Shown here: positions 42,666 through 54,370 of the stretch, one piece after another
Numbering within the stretch: position 1 is the first letter of the stretch
How the letters are laid out: every line of letters starts with the position of its first letter
Assembly (NCBI GenBank): GCA_000091205.1
Contig: AP006501.2
Length of the DNA: 64,000 nt
Source of the DNA: Cyanidioschyzon merolae
Taxonomy: Eukaryota
Reading direction: 5' to 3' (one strand)
Notes under the pieces: generated by a model
The model's input: the letters and a program-made list of their open reading frames with translations, nothing else
Told to the model about the DNA's origin: nothing
Database searches by the model: none
Program-made: the position numbers and the translations under genes

Positions 42666-43394
42666 CGCCGTGTACCACTGCTCAGGGGCAGCTCAGCACC
42701 CTGCTCACACGAGCGCTTGCTACGTTGTGCTTCGTCTAAGAGCTCTGCAATAGAAACAATACAAATGCGCGTACGCTCCGCGTTCGCTCGTCCAAACAAT
42801 CCGCTTCGGCTGAGTTGTTGTGCCCAGAGCGTGGCTGAAAACTCAGTCCCGATGTAGCGCCCGTGACCCACGACTCGTTCCTCTGCGTACTACCAGAAAC
42901 GCAGCTCGAGCAACTGCCACACAATCTAGCCAACCTAAAGTCCCAGTTCCTGTTATTGAGGCGGGATTGTCGCAGCAAAGGCAGCGCTCCTGCTCCCACC
43001 GTTTCGCTCCTCGGCGTGTTGTCAGGAAAACTGCTCCAGCGACTGCAGGACCGATCAGTGAACCTTCGAGTGCTAGTCCCTGCTTCCGGCACGCACGACA
43101 GCTCAATGCAAGTCGGGGAGTGCTTGTGGCACACGCACACCGGGCTCCGCAAAAACTAGAAGAAAACGGTTGTTTTCGAAGATACTGGCGAAGTTGAAGT
43201 TCAGACTTTTCGACAGAGCGTTGCTCGTCGTGGACTGGCGATTTACAGAGCGCATTTTCCGGAGCATTTCGTTGCCGCGCTTTGCAACAACTACTAAAAG
43301 CGACGTGCTTTGAAGCACGCTTGCACTTCGCTCTATGAAAAACATTATTTAGGTGCTTCTCTTGTTGCTGAATCGCCGTGTGAAATCGAAAACC

Positions 43395-44309
43395 ATGGCG
43401 AACTACTTGCACTCTACCCAAAGACGGTATTGGACGTTTGCTTCTGTTGAGGAGCTCGAAAGGCTTCGAGCAGCAGCTCGTTCCCGCTACGCACACAAGT
43501 ACCCACAGCGCGAACGGATAGATCCTGAAACAGAAGCCAAGTTCCGTCTAGCGTGTGCTTACCGTTTGTACCAGCTGGCACGGGCAGAGCCTGTGTCTTT
43601 GCCTAGGTACGTGGCAGCGACGGCTGTTACGCTTTGGAAGCGTTTCTGTTTGTACAACTGTTTTCTTGAGTGGGATCTCAACGTTTTGCTCCCAACGCTT
43701 GTCTACATCGCCGCGAAAGTGGACGAGAACTATCGATCTGCAGCACAAGTATCCCAAGAACATGAGCGACAAATCCTTGCAATGGAACTACCGCTTCTGA
43801 GCAGTATTCATTTCCAGGCGGTCTGTCACCATGCGTATCTCATCATTCGAGCGGAATTTCCAAAATTTAGCGACTGGTCCCGTGTGGACGAGGCGGTGAT
43901 TCGCACAGATAGCGCTCTGCTCATGTCGCCGGCGTCGTTTGCCCTGGTGATTCTCGGACGAGAGCTCGGTGGTCGGCATGTTCTCTGGGAAAATAACGAA
44001 AAAGAGCGTGAGCGCTGCTTCCACATTTTTGAGAATGCGATGCAAGGTACCGCCGATTTGTTTGAGTCTAGCGGAGCCGGGTTGGATGCCCCACGGTCGC
44101 CAGCTCTCGAAGAGGCATTTCAGAAGCTTTACGAGTGGTACCTTAGAAATCGTGATCCGCTGCTAGACAAAGACTCAGCCGAGTCACTGCACCGCCAGGA
44201 GCAGGAAAATCGACATCTCGAACGGCAGCGAAGGAGGCATATGCGCGCAATGGAGGAGGAGGAACGAAAACGACGGACCCTGCTCTCATCGGGTGTCGTC
44301 GACCCGTGA
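43395..44309 (+). CDS. CCNH: cyclin H (CDK-activating kinase cyclin subunit)
   Basis: The N-terminus MANYLHSTQRRYWTFASVEELERLRAAARSRY closely matches cyclin H [30 protein letters not shown]. A cyclin box follows. The ORF-track start at 43353 is GTG. The ATG is at 43395. Confidence 0.75.
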   Translation: MANYLHSTQRRYWTFASVEELERLRAAARSRYAHKYPQRERIDPETEAKFRLACAYRLYQLARAEPVSLPRYVAATAVTLWKRFCLYNCFLEWDLNVLLPTLVYIAAKVDENYRSAAQVSQEHERQILAMELPLLSSIHFQAVCHHAYLIIRAEFPKFSDWSRVDEAVIRTDSALLMSPASFALVILGRELGGRHVLWENNEKERERCFHIFENAMQGTADLFESSGAGLDAPRSPALEEAFQKLYEWYLRNRDPLLDKDSAESLHRQEQENRHLERQRRRHMRAMEEEERKRRTLLSSGVVDP

Positions 44310-46115
44310 CACATGCATGCGGCAGCCTTATGTATGGGTTGCTCGGAAAACGCGAGCGCAATATATGCTGTGGAAAAGTCCGCTCAGCTGTGAAAGCAAC
44401 GCAGTAGCGCAGCTGCGCGAGCATCCTGAAGAGGCACTCGAGTGCATAAGATCGAACCCGAAATTGAACCTGATAGGTCGTTCTTGGAAACAAGCTTCTC
44501 TACCCGCGTCGGATTATGAGGCAAAGGAGGACAGCTTGCAATGTTCCCGCTTTTTGATTTTTTCGAACTTTTGTCGATGTACTCCCTGGAGGTTCGCTCT
44601 GCATCAGTTAGGGCCCACGGATCCATACATAGTGCTAGGATGGCCAATCGTCTGTTCGGAGAGGCTCCTTCGACGCCATGCCGCTGGAATTCGTTACGTC
44701 ACCGGAATCGAGATAGTTCGCGATGCCTCTCACGGGAGATTCGTAAACTAACCGACAGCATTATTCATTTCATAAACAGTAACCTCCACGCGTCTTCGTT
44801 CCTTAATTGGGATATGTTGAAATCACACATTCCTCAGGTTTTCGATTTATCTGTTTCCAGACAAACTGTGTTCGAAGCGATTTTGCGACCCAGAATCGAC
44901 AACCAAAAAAATCGTCGGCATACATAAACAACTTGTTCACAAGTTCACGCCAAAAATTCCCTGAATGTATTAGGTCAAACTATCGATTACAATGTAATGT
45001 CAAAACCTCTTTGTTTTCTGCCATGAAAGGAACGGATTCTCCAGCAGGAGGGCAAAGCTGATTGAATACGCTCTCCAAGGCTCCCTTGCCTTCTGCTCAC
45101 GTAGGAAACGGTAACCGACTCGGAGCTGAATTATCGCAGCGATCGCTTGCGGTAGAGAGCGCGTGAGCGCTTTGCACGAGTGCTCGTAGACGTATCGAAA
45201 TTTTTCGACGTTATTTCGAGACTTGGATCGCATGAATGTAGTAATTTCACTCTGAACAACATTGCGTTCCACAAATTCTCTATCGAATGCAACAAAGTGC
45301 GGTTGCGTGTACAGCGGACGGAGTATCCACCATTGGGACATTCCAGAAGTGCCCGAGGATCTGAAGGTGCGGCACCGGGTGCAGAAACGGAGCAGGGTAT
45401 CAAAGCGAGTATTTCGTACCGGTCAAGGACGTGAACCGGGCGATGAAGCGAGCGTCTACGCACCGAAGTTTTGAGCTCGGAGGAGGCGTTGTTGTGGACG
45501 TCTGGGAACAGCTGAGCATCGTCAAGTATCACGGATGCGATGGGCAAACAGAGGTGATCTCCGACGAGGATCAAATTTGCAAGATTAACGTAAATCACGA
45601 TACCTGCTTGTACATGAAATGCGCCACTAACATCGGCAAGCTGAATATTCGGCACCAATATGCCGCCATCAACATCCTTCGACTGGTGATACCACAGCTG
45701 GAGGGTCACGCGTGATCGGCCTATTTAAATCTGGTACGAGAGACAGGGAGAGGGAGCAGTCGCAGAATATGCCCTCAGAAACTGGTGTCTATCATCCTAG
45801 GAAGACACCCAAGCACAAGTGCGCGCGCCCGATACAGTTTAACGGAATCTGTGACATATTATTCTGGCATGGATCTAGGTCGACGCTGTGGACAAGCGGG
45901 ACACGATGCTCGAGTGATGCTATTTACAGGAAATATCAGAAGGTCAGGCGTTGTTACGCTGATTTCCTCGAGTCTTCTTTCGGCCGCGATTTGGATGTGA
46001 CATCAAAAGCGCTCTTCCAGAACGGCCTATAGAGCACTCGCTCACGGAGAACAGCGGTGTAGAGTCAATAAAAGACGAGCGCCTTGCGTCACTATTCGAC
46101 ACCCTGAATACACAG

Positions 46116-47459
46116 TCAACGAGCCTGCGGCATGCCATCGGATCCCGCCTGGGCCTCTACGGCGCGATGCACGGTGATCTCGTGACGTGCTAACCATCGT
46201 TTCATCTCCTCAAAGGTGACCATCATAATACCAGACGCTGGAATCACCTTCGCCACTCGTGGCAAGGCACCGCGAAAGAGCCCCGGAACGCCCTCTTCGC
46301 GGAGCAGCTGCCGGATTGCCGGCCAGAATCGCATCACGAGAGATGGCTTCTCGCGCGTGTCCAAATGCGAAGGCGTCTGACCCGTGAGCGCCTTTGCGGA
46401 TATTCGCACACCTGGCCACGATTGATTTCGAGTCTTGACCACATCGGCCGGATTGGTTACCACAGCGGCAACCATGCCGGCAGTGACGCCAGAGAAAAAA
46501 TGGTAACTACTCCGTGTCGCAGCCGATTGTTCCCAGTTTTCAAGAATAGAGCGCTTCGCTGCTGAATTCGCGTCCACTGGGGAGGTGGTAGCTTCGTGCA
46601 TCATCCTGGATCGAGCGACTTTGAGAGACTCATAAACGCCCCAATAGATCGCAGAAAATGGAGCATCACGCCATAGAGTTGCGGCGAGGCCGGTCCAGAG
46701 TGCTCGAACACCGCCTCCTTCACGCAAAGTGCATCGCAGCGTTTCCCAGATCGTGCCTCCATTAGCCTGCATGGATGTACGCACCAGTTCAAGAGGCGAA
46801 ACAGCAGTTGCCACGAGACAGCGCACTGCTGCACCTGTGAAAGGCGCCACGAACAGTGGATCCGCAAGCCGACTGTCTGCTGGGCTGTAGCGCAGGATCA
46901 GTTGCGTGCCCTGCTCGTACAGCCCAAAATACAGACCAGTCGCAGGCACTATGGTCAAAATAGAGGCACTGAGCCCACGCCAAAGACCCGTCACACCAGC
47001 AACCCTTACAATGGACGCAATGGTTCCCCAGACTGTGGGTTGCAGCCGCCGCACTGTCGCTTCCAGCGCGCTCCGTGCCGACACCAGACGCTCGGAAGCA
47101 CACAAGTCACTGTGTTGCACGCCGACGTCATTTTTACGTAGCAAGTCCCCAACCTGGCTGCCACCTGGTCCGAGACTTCGCACCGCTGCTTGAAGTGGCG
47201 AGATCGTCGCAGCTTCGCCAACTGGGCCGGGTTCATTTGCCATAGCCGCCCAGGAGCTGGAGTATTTGCCACACCTGGGGCACACGCTGCCGCTCGGTTC
47301 ACGAAAGCTCAGGCGATTCTTGTAAGCCTCGACATTTTGGTTCTGCATCGCCACCTTCACAACGTCGATGGGGTTCAGAACAACTGCCGTAACCAAAGCG
47401 CCGGTAGAAGCAGCAACAACGGATTGCCAGAGCGGCAGCTGAGTCTCCCGCTTCTCCAT
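46116..47459 (-). CDS. mitochondrial carrier family (SLC25) protein with an extended Cys-containing first matrix loop (SLC25A39/40/Mtm1-like)
   Basis: Three carrier repeats with P-x-D/E-x-x-K/R signatures are present (PIDVVKVAMQ, PLELVRTSMQ, PADVVKTRNQ). A long insert after helix 1 contains CPRCGK. The ORF-track start at 47462 is GTG. The ATG is at 47459. Confidence 0.8.
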   Translation of the reverse strand: MEKRETQLPLWQSVVAASTGALVTAVVLNPIDVVKVAMQNQNVEAYKNRLSFREPSGSVCPRCGKYSSSWAAMANEPGPVGEAATISPLQAAVRSLGPGGSQVGDLLRKNDVGVQHSDLCASERLVSARSALEATVRRLQPTVWGTIASIVRVAGVTGLWRGLSASILTIVPATGLYFGLYEQGTQLILRYSPADSRLADPLFVAPFTGAAVRCLVATAVSPLELVRTSMQANGGTIWETLRCTLREGGGVRALWTGLAATLWRDAPFSAIYWGVYESLKVARSRMMHEATTSPVDANSAAKRSILENWEQSAATRSSYHFFSGVTAGMVAAVVTNPADVVKTRNQSWPGVRISAKALTGQTPSHLDTREKPSLVMRFWPAIRQLLREEGVPGLFRGALPRVAKVIPASGIMMVTFEEMKRWLARHEITVHRAVEAQAGSDGMPQAR

Positions 47460-47971
47460 CACGCCACTGTTGAACCGAACAGCCAGAACTCATTCGGTTG
47501 CTGCGATTTTCTCCCAAACACACACCTTGACGCTCGTATATCGCTCGTAAGTTGTTCGTAAAGTGCTCAGTAAGGCTTGTACCAACGGTTTCGCTCCAAC
47601 ATCAACAGCAGCGGCAACAGTTGCGTTTCCAAAGCCTTTCCAGTCTCGGGCGACAACGCGATATAGGTCGCTGCTGTGGGCGTGATCGCCGCTCCTCGTT
47701 TCGTCCACGCACACCTAGACAGACGTTCTGTCTCGCCTTGCGCACTTGGAGCAGCACACACAGCGTCGTTGTGCTTTGAGGTGCTGAGCTGGGTACCTTC
47801 TGATCCTTCACGTCCGATCAGGTGAGGCGGGGGTTTTCGAAGAGTCAATTATTGAGTGGACGGAGAACGCTGTGCGGCACTGACTTCGTCGAGTGCGTCG
47901 CTGACGGACGTGCTACGTGTTGCTCGAAGCGCCTCTGTGCTCGTTCGCCTCAGGACGAGTAATCCACCACC

Positions 47972-49363
47972 ATGAGCGTATCTTGTGGACGGCGGATCTT
48001 TTCAGACATTGTGCGTCAAGTACGCACGTTTGCTACCGTGGGCGTAGACGCTCGCTCGCTTGCAGGTACACGCAACGCCACGGTCTGGCGATCGTACCGC
48101 ACGACGACGTTGCAGTACCCGCGGCTTTGGGAACTGCGCGCTTCGCGCTTCCTCTCAGGTGAGGCGGTGGAGGCGAGTGCAAGCAAACGCAAGCCCCATC
48201 TGAATGTTGGCGGTATGGGTCACGTTGACCATGGGAAAACTACGCTCGCGGCAGCGATTACGAAAGTGCTCGCCGAGACTGGTGGAGCCCGGTACACTGC
48301 TTACGAAGAGATTGACAAGGCACCGGAGGAGCGCGCCCGCGGGATCACGATCAACGCTTCGCATCTCAAATACGAGACTCCATCACGTTCGTATGCACAT
48401 GTCGATTGCCCTGGGCATCGAGACTTTGTGAAGAACTTTATCACGGGTGCGGCACAGGTCGACACCGCGATTCTCGTGGTCAGCGGCCCGGACGGCCCGC
48501 AGCCGCAGACTCAAGAGCACGTACTGCTATCGAAGCAGGTAGGTGTTCCGAACTTTGTTGTATACCTGAACAAATGTGATATGGTCGACGATCCGGAACT
48601 TTTGGACTTGGTCGAATTAGAGGTGCGTGAACTACTCAGCAAGTACGAATACGATGGCGACAACGTGCCGATCGTGCGGGGCTCTGCCCTGAAGGCATTG
48701 CAGGGCGATCAGAGCGAGCTTGGCTGTGGGTCCATCCACAAGCTCCTGGAGATTCTCGACAAGGTCCCAATACCCAAAAGAGACCTTGAAAAACCGTTCC
48801 TGATGCCCATTGAAGATAGCTTTAGCATTACTGGCCGAGGAACGGTGGTTACGGGACGCGTGGAGACCGGTATCCTACGCCCTGGTGATGAAATCGAAAT
48901 CGTCGGACTTCGTCCTCCCGAGGTAGCACCAATGCGCACGATCGTCACCGGTATCGAGACTTTCAAGCAGTCGCTTCCTTACGCAGAGGCTGGCGAGAAT
49001 GTTGGCTGTCTGCTTCGCGGGGTCAAGCGCGAAGACGTGTTGCGCGGTCAGGTTCTAGCGAAACCGGGAACCTCCAGAGCGCACCGCAAGTTCGAGGCTG
49101 ACGTTTACATTCTTACTCAGGAGGAAGGCGGCCGCCATACACCATTCTTCAGCAACTATCGTCCTCAATTCTTCGTGCGGACTGCAGATGTCACAGGACG
49201 CTTCCTTCTGCCGCCAGAAGTGGAGATGTGCATGCCAGGAGATCGCGTACGATGCGCTGTTGAGCTCATCTATCCGGTCGCGCTGCAGGAAGGCTTACGT
49301 TTCGCTGTTCGTGAGGGCGGCAGGACCGTCGGTGCTGGGTTGGTTACGAAAGTCATCGAGTAA
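47972..49363 (+). CDS. TUFM: elongation factor Tu, mitochondrial (nuclear-encoded, with presequence)
   Basis: The start is an ATG. The G-domain motifs are [18 protein letters not shown] and NKCD. The mitochondrial-type signature is [13 protein letters not shown]. An N-terminal Arg-rich extension of ~60 aa precedes these. Confidence 0.9.
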   Translation: MSVSCGRRIFSDIVRQVRTFATVGVDARSLAGTRNATVWRSYRTTTLQYPRLWELRASRFLSGEAVEASASKRKPHLNVGGMGHVDHGKTTLAAAITKVLAETGGARYTAYEEIDKAPEERARGITINASHLKYETPSRSYAHVDCPGHRDFVKNFITGAAQVDTAILVVSGPDGPQPQTQEHVLLSKQVGVPNFVVYLNKCDMVDDPELLDLVELEVRELLSKYEYDGDNVPIVRGSALKALQGDQSELGCGSIHKLLEILDKVPIPKRDLEKPFLMPIEDSFSITGRGTVVTGRVETGILRPGDEIEIVGLRPPEVAPMRTIVTGIETFKQSLPYAEAGENVGCLLRGVKREDVLRGQVLAKPGTSRAHRKFEADVYILTQEEGGRHTPFFSNYRPQFFVRTADVTGRFLLPPEVEMCMPGDRVRCAVELIYPVALQEGLRFAVREGGRTVGAGLVTKVIE

Positions 49364-50267
49364 ACTGCTGTGGATTTCTGCTGACGAGCATGCTACGAGT
49401 GCGAGTATTTCGTCTTGTCTGAACAGATACGAGGCCACGTGCTTTCGCTTCCACGCCGGGCGAGAGTCATTTGCCCAGGGTCTTGCAGTTGTTGGTGACG
49501 GGCTTTGGCTCTGTCACTGAAAATAGGACGTTTCACGTGGATATTAGGGACCGAAACGCTTCGTGCACTGCAATGAATGCATCGTGGGAATCTCTGCTGT
49601 GTACTCTGCGAACAGAATATTGCCTGCACGACACCGCGCAGCACCAGTACGCACAACCGTGTGGCGACGGTGTGTAGAGTCGGGTTCAGACGTCGATAGC
49701 TGTTCCGCTCGAAGGCCTAGAGCCCAAATCGATGCCGTGTATGTTCGGCAAGTTGCGTCGCGAATCACTTCGAACGATCTCCGGCATCATTCCTCGGAAC
49801 ACCAGACTGGTGTTCTAACGCTAGAGCAGTCCCATTACTGCGTCTGTGTTCGGATCCTAAAACAATTCCTGCAATCCTGATGGACATAGGTTTTGCCTGC
49901 GGCAGTCGGAGGACTCGAGTCGACGTTCTTCCTCCGACAAGCTGCACCGCAATGCTGTCTCCATCATATGCTGAGTCTTGTCGACCAGAAGAGGCACTCT
50001 GGGTGCTTGGACTTAAGGGTAGCTAGCGACTTTGTATCCGTGCAAATCAAGCACAAGAAGAATCAACAAGGTCATTTAAAAGAGCTTCGTCAGCAGAGCC
50101 GTCGTCGAAGGGGGATATTCTCTCGCCAGGCGACGCCTATTCCCGCGCCACATGCCAGGGTACCGTTTATGCCAATGAAGCTCTCTCGATGTTGGCGCTC
50201 AGAACAAGACCGGTTTCAGAAGCTTCTTCCGAGAAGTTGAAGGGCACCCCGCTCCTTCTGCACGTCT

Positions 50268-50780
50268 TCACGACTCTTCCAACGTCTGGCGAACAAGGCT
50301 TCGAACCCGCCGTCGGTACGCATCGGGTTGTTCGCGCCACTCCTTAGCAGCATCTATATTCGCGGGTGATTCGTCATTCGGGGACGCGAGCATGCTGATC
50401 ACAGATAGTAGAATCGACTCAACAGTATGAACAGGTGACCAACGTTCGCCGGCCATTTCATACCCGTGTGGGTCGTCACCCGGAGGATGCAGAATGCTGA
50501 TGCAAACTTCGCCGTTTCGGTAAACGTTCGGATGCCAGGGTATTGGCGGCAAAAACCTCATTCTTGGCGGCAACATAGGGTACTCCGGTGGAAACGTAAG
50601 CTCCGCTCGAAACAGGCCCCCCTCGAAGGGCGTGTCTGGAGGGCCCAGCACCGTAACAGCCCAACGGAAGGGATCGTCCTCCGAAACGAGTCCCGCGCTG
50701 AAACCGTCCACGGAGCTCTTATTCAAGTCCCGAAGTTGACGGGTGAGAAGCAGCGCCGCACGCGAAGAGTTCGCGCTCAT
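50268..50780 (-). CDS. ubiquitin-conjugating enzyme E2, UBC7/UBE2G-type
   Basis: The UBC fold contains the active-site sequence HPNVYRNGEVCISILH followed by the UBC7-specific acidic loop PPGDDPHGYEMAGERW. The ORF-track start at 50915 is an extension. The first conserved Met, starting MSANSS, is at 50780. Confidence 0.8.
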   Translation of the reverse strand: MSANSSRAALLLTRQLRDLNKSSVDGFSAGLVSEDDPFRWAVTVLGPPDTPFEGGLFRAELTFPPEYPMLPPRMRFLPPIPWHPNVYRNGEVCISILHPPGDDPHGYEMAGERWSPVHTVESILLSVISMLASPNDESPANIDAAKEWREQPDAYRRRVRSLVRQTLEES

Positions 50781-50818
50781 TGTCTCCGCTGCTAGCGAAC
50801 GCCTTTCAAAAAAAAGGT

Positions 50819-50892
50819 TGCTCCCGGCAGTGTACAGTAGCGGCGAGTGACCCGCCCTAGACGAGACGTCTCCAACTGAGGTGCAGACGCCT
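50819..50892. repeat. left copy of ~74-bp direct repeat flanking the Fanzor-like locus
   Basis: The left copy reads gctcccggcagtgtacagtagcggcgagtgacccgccctagacgagacgtctccaactgaggtgcagacgcctg. The copy at 54371..54444 reads gctgcccgcggtgcacggtagtggcgagtgacccgccctaaacatgacgtctccaactgacgtgcagacgcttc. They are ~85% identical and in the same orientation. Both are preceded by A-rich tracts. Confidence 0.6.
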
Positions 50893-51002
50893 GTCGGGCT
50901 TTCTCGACCGGCCACTTACTACTCTTTTCCATTCTTGTCTCATATAATTCCACTTTGAGCGATTGTCCAACGAAGTTCTCTCGTGTCTAAGCTGTAGGTC
51001 TA

Positions 51003-53347
51003 TTACCCGTCACCGCGCATTTTTCTCATATTGATTGCGGAGTTAAAGTCTCGGTTCACGAAATCCATTCGTTTCTTGCCATCACTGGATGTACTTACTA
51101 CGGCAAGTTGTCCGAGAACTTTCGCCCTCCTTTCCATTTGCTCTTCTGTCAGCGCTCCGTACTTTGCTATTTCCTCAGGGCTCCTCTGGCACTTTTCCAT
51201 CTTCACTCTCTGAAGTGTACAACCCAGCTCATGGTGAGTATAGGACGTTCGAAACTCCTCTACCCGTATCATAACGAAACGACGTGCGCACTCCTTGTAC
51301 ACCCTCGTCGTTGGAGCTAGCGTAGTTCCTTTTTGGGTCTTCCAGCGCCCTGCTCGATACGCTACTACGAGCCTCTGACTGTCATCCTCCATCAAGGCAC
51401 TCAGCTGATTGAAAAAATTCGCGACCGCCCGCTGCTTCCCACAATACAAATTCATTCGCAAACGAGCCCACCGGGGCTTGGTATACTCTTTCCACAGCGT
51501 ATCCCAGTGCGCCATGCGAACTTCCATGACTTTCCGAAAAGCTTCAAAGTCCGCTCCTCGGCAAGTCACCTAGCTCCAAGCTTCCAGGTGATCTTTCATT
51601 CCTGAAATCCATGTCTCGATTTTCTTCCTCGCATTCATGATTCCCGAGTCTTGATAGTATCTCCCTCTCGAGAACCTCAAAAGACGCATGTCTTTCTGAC
51701 GTAAGTTACCATCAGTACCATCTTCCGCACGCTTCAATGCTGCGATGGTAATGATATTCGTATTCCCAGGGTCCGCGCCAACGACAAAGTCGTTATCTAG
51801 CACTCTCTGGGTCGCAGGGCCCACCTTCTTGTCTTCTTCATGCTTCACCGCGTCAACGACAAGGTCTTTATCCTGCATTTCCTGCGTCGTAGAATCCGCC
51901 TTCTTCGCATCTTCATCCTTCGCCGCGTCAACGATAAAGTCGTTATCCTCCACCGCCTGCGTCGCAGGACCCGCCTCTTGGTTTTCTTCATGCTCCTCTG
52001 CGTCAACGGCAAGCTCGTTATCCTCCACCTCCTGCGTCGCAGGACCAGCCTCCAGCTCATCTTCATCGTTCGTCACGCCAACGACAAGGTCGTTATAATG
52101 CACCTCATGCATCGCAGGATCCGCCTCCTACTTTTCTTCAGCCCTCGTTCCGGGCGCAGCCGATGGAGGGACTGGACGATCTTTCTTCAACCGTCGATAG
52201 TGTACGCACACGGTTACTCCATCGGTTTCGATCATCCCAGTGAGCTACTTTTGCTTGCTCGTTTTGAGACGTTTGAAACCGAAGATATTCTTCCAGTACG
52301 TCTCCCGGTTTTCGCCGGTGAAGTGCTCCCTACTAATATTGAACTCCGCACTGATCTCCTTTATGATGCCGTAAAGGACCGCGGAGTCGATCGTCATAAA
52401 ATGAGCCTTGATGTTGCACAACGGAACGACATTGAAGCACTCACCCAATAGGAAAGCCTTCCGTCTCTCCCATTCTTCATTTTTCCTCACTCAGCTTCAT
52501 CTCCGCTTTGCGTTCGAGCTCTCGGCCCAGAAACACAAAATACCGCCGGAAGATGCGATAGTATCTTTCCTTATCTTTTTTCAACTCTGATATCTTGTCT
52601 GTTGGATTCACCAGCCCCAAGACTGCACGATGCTCTTGTATAGCCGCACGGGTTACAGATACTTCATTCGTGCTCCTTTTTTGACGTCTTCTTGTCGACG
52701 AATTCGACGTAATCTTCATGCTGGCGATCTTTCGTGATGCCACTGATGATCGACCATATCCCCTTGCGAGAGATGCCCGGGTTGAGTGCAAACGCGGTGC
52801 GTATCATGAAACATGCGAGGTTCTCTGTCAAATGGTTCTTCAGGTTCGTGATGTACTTCATTGCCCCATATGTGTAAATATGCGAGTCACCCCTGCGCCG
52901 AGCACCCTCGAAGCGGAATACCGCGAAGTTTTCGTGGAGAGTATGCATTAGCACATTTTCCCTCCACGTTCCCGCTGTACCATGCATCAGGTATCGAAAA
53001 GACGTCTTGTCGAAGAACTCGCCCGGAATCTCGACCGTTTCCATCTGCGTCATTTGTTCGTACATCTCCCTCGCCAAATGCATCAGTCCGGAAGACGCCT
53101 TGGCAATACTCTTGGAGTACGAGTCGACATGCTTTCTGATAGCGTCTCGCAACTTTTCCGTATAGGGATGCTTGATATGTCCAAGAAGAGAGGTTTTCAC
53201 CACTATCTCGTGGTACAGTTGTCGTTCTTGCAGCCTTCGACGTAGGGCCTCCCATTTTGCTTCTTTTTCTTTTGCTCTTCGTCGGGACTCGGCACTGTAT
53301 TTGTTTTTCTGGCAGCCGGCGACAATGGCGCTTCAGGATCGTGGACT
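51003..53347 (-). pseudogene. degraded Fanzor/TnpB-like RuvC nuclease gene (eukaryotic OMEGA/TnpB homolog), interrupted by stops and frameshifts and containing an acidic tandem-repeat block
   Basis: Consecutive minus-strand ORFs at 52664..53203, 52477..52791, 52245..52490, 51570..52112 and 51003..51569 are collinear. A RuvC-I-like segment [16 protein letters not shown] lies at ~52200. A TSxxC pre-zinc-finger motif FVMIRVEEFRTSYTHHELGC lies at ~51230. The RuvC-III motif KKRMDFVNRDFNSAINMRKM lies at ~51030 (cf. TnpB/Fanzor RDxNAAxNI). ORFs 51570..52112 and 51003..51569 are in the same frame, separated by a single TGA. No ATG precedes the N-terminal frame. Confidence 0.55.
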
Positions 53348-54370
53348 TGCTTTTTCATAGCTCTCCTTTTTTAGGTATTTTCGAAAAAGAACGCTCTTTG
53401 AACCCTTCTGTTATATACTGCGAAAAAGTACTTGACTAGACTTGTTTGAGGGCTGAAACAAAAATGAACTGAAAGACTTTACTTGGCTAAGAGCTCAACG
53501 GAAATCCAACTTTTTCTGGCAGAACAACACGCTCGTTACTAGGATCGCGTTTCCCTTCAACGGCGGCATGCGCGTCGTGTCAGTTCACTGCCTGATCTCC
53601 GAGGCGTGCTCCCTGAGCGCGATGCGTGCACCGCGCGAGACGCTGCACCGATCCATGAAGGACACGTGTCCGACACCGCCTTGGCATATGCGTATTCGCA
53701 CCGCACTGCAGCTGGAATAAAGTATCGTAGATTGGAAACTCACGTAGAATGATCTCTTGCCATAGGCTCTGGCGGCGGTGCCAACGCTACTGCCCATCGC
53801 AGTACCGACCTGACGTACAAGGGGATTTTGGGGCCTGGCGAGATACCCCTCGACGCTTCTATAAAAAGCGTTGCGTTCTCTGCGGCTTACGCTTGTGTGG
53901 ATAAGGAAAACATTATTCTACTCAATGGGATTTTCGTTAGTTTTATTGATCGTAAACAAACAAGGCACGATAGGATTCCTGAACACGGATACACGTTTAA
54001 TCCCGGTGCTTGTTATGCATGCGGCACGGACGCTGGAATAACGAACTGACCTGAGTTGTGCTTCTATCCTGCGTCACGTTCTGGAACTGATGGCAGATCA
54101 AGTCATTTCCATGCTATCGTCGTTGTCCAAGTTATGGCGCCCGCTACTCTCCCGGATCCTGTGATCTTGGGAGAGGCATAGCATACATAGAGCGTTCATA
54201 CGTGGCACAGCACTTGACCAACGCATCTCACCTGGAACGATCGAGGAACCCGCCAAAAAAAGCATACTGAATTCTGATCTACTCTTTAAGATTAGTTTCA
54301 GGAGACTAACCCATACATCGAGCCCGGAAGAGACACAGCCGACAAAAAATGCTTTTGAAAAGAAAAACGC

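Noticed and set aside
50285-50320. tRNA-like T-arm-looking string ggcttcgaacccgccgtcgg
   Set aside because: It lies inside the conserved C-terminal coding region of the UBC7-type E2 on the opposite strand. No acceptor or anticodon-stem complement was evident, so it was judged a chance GTTCGA-like match.
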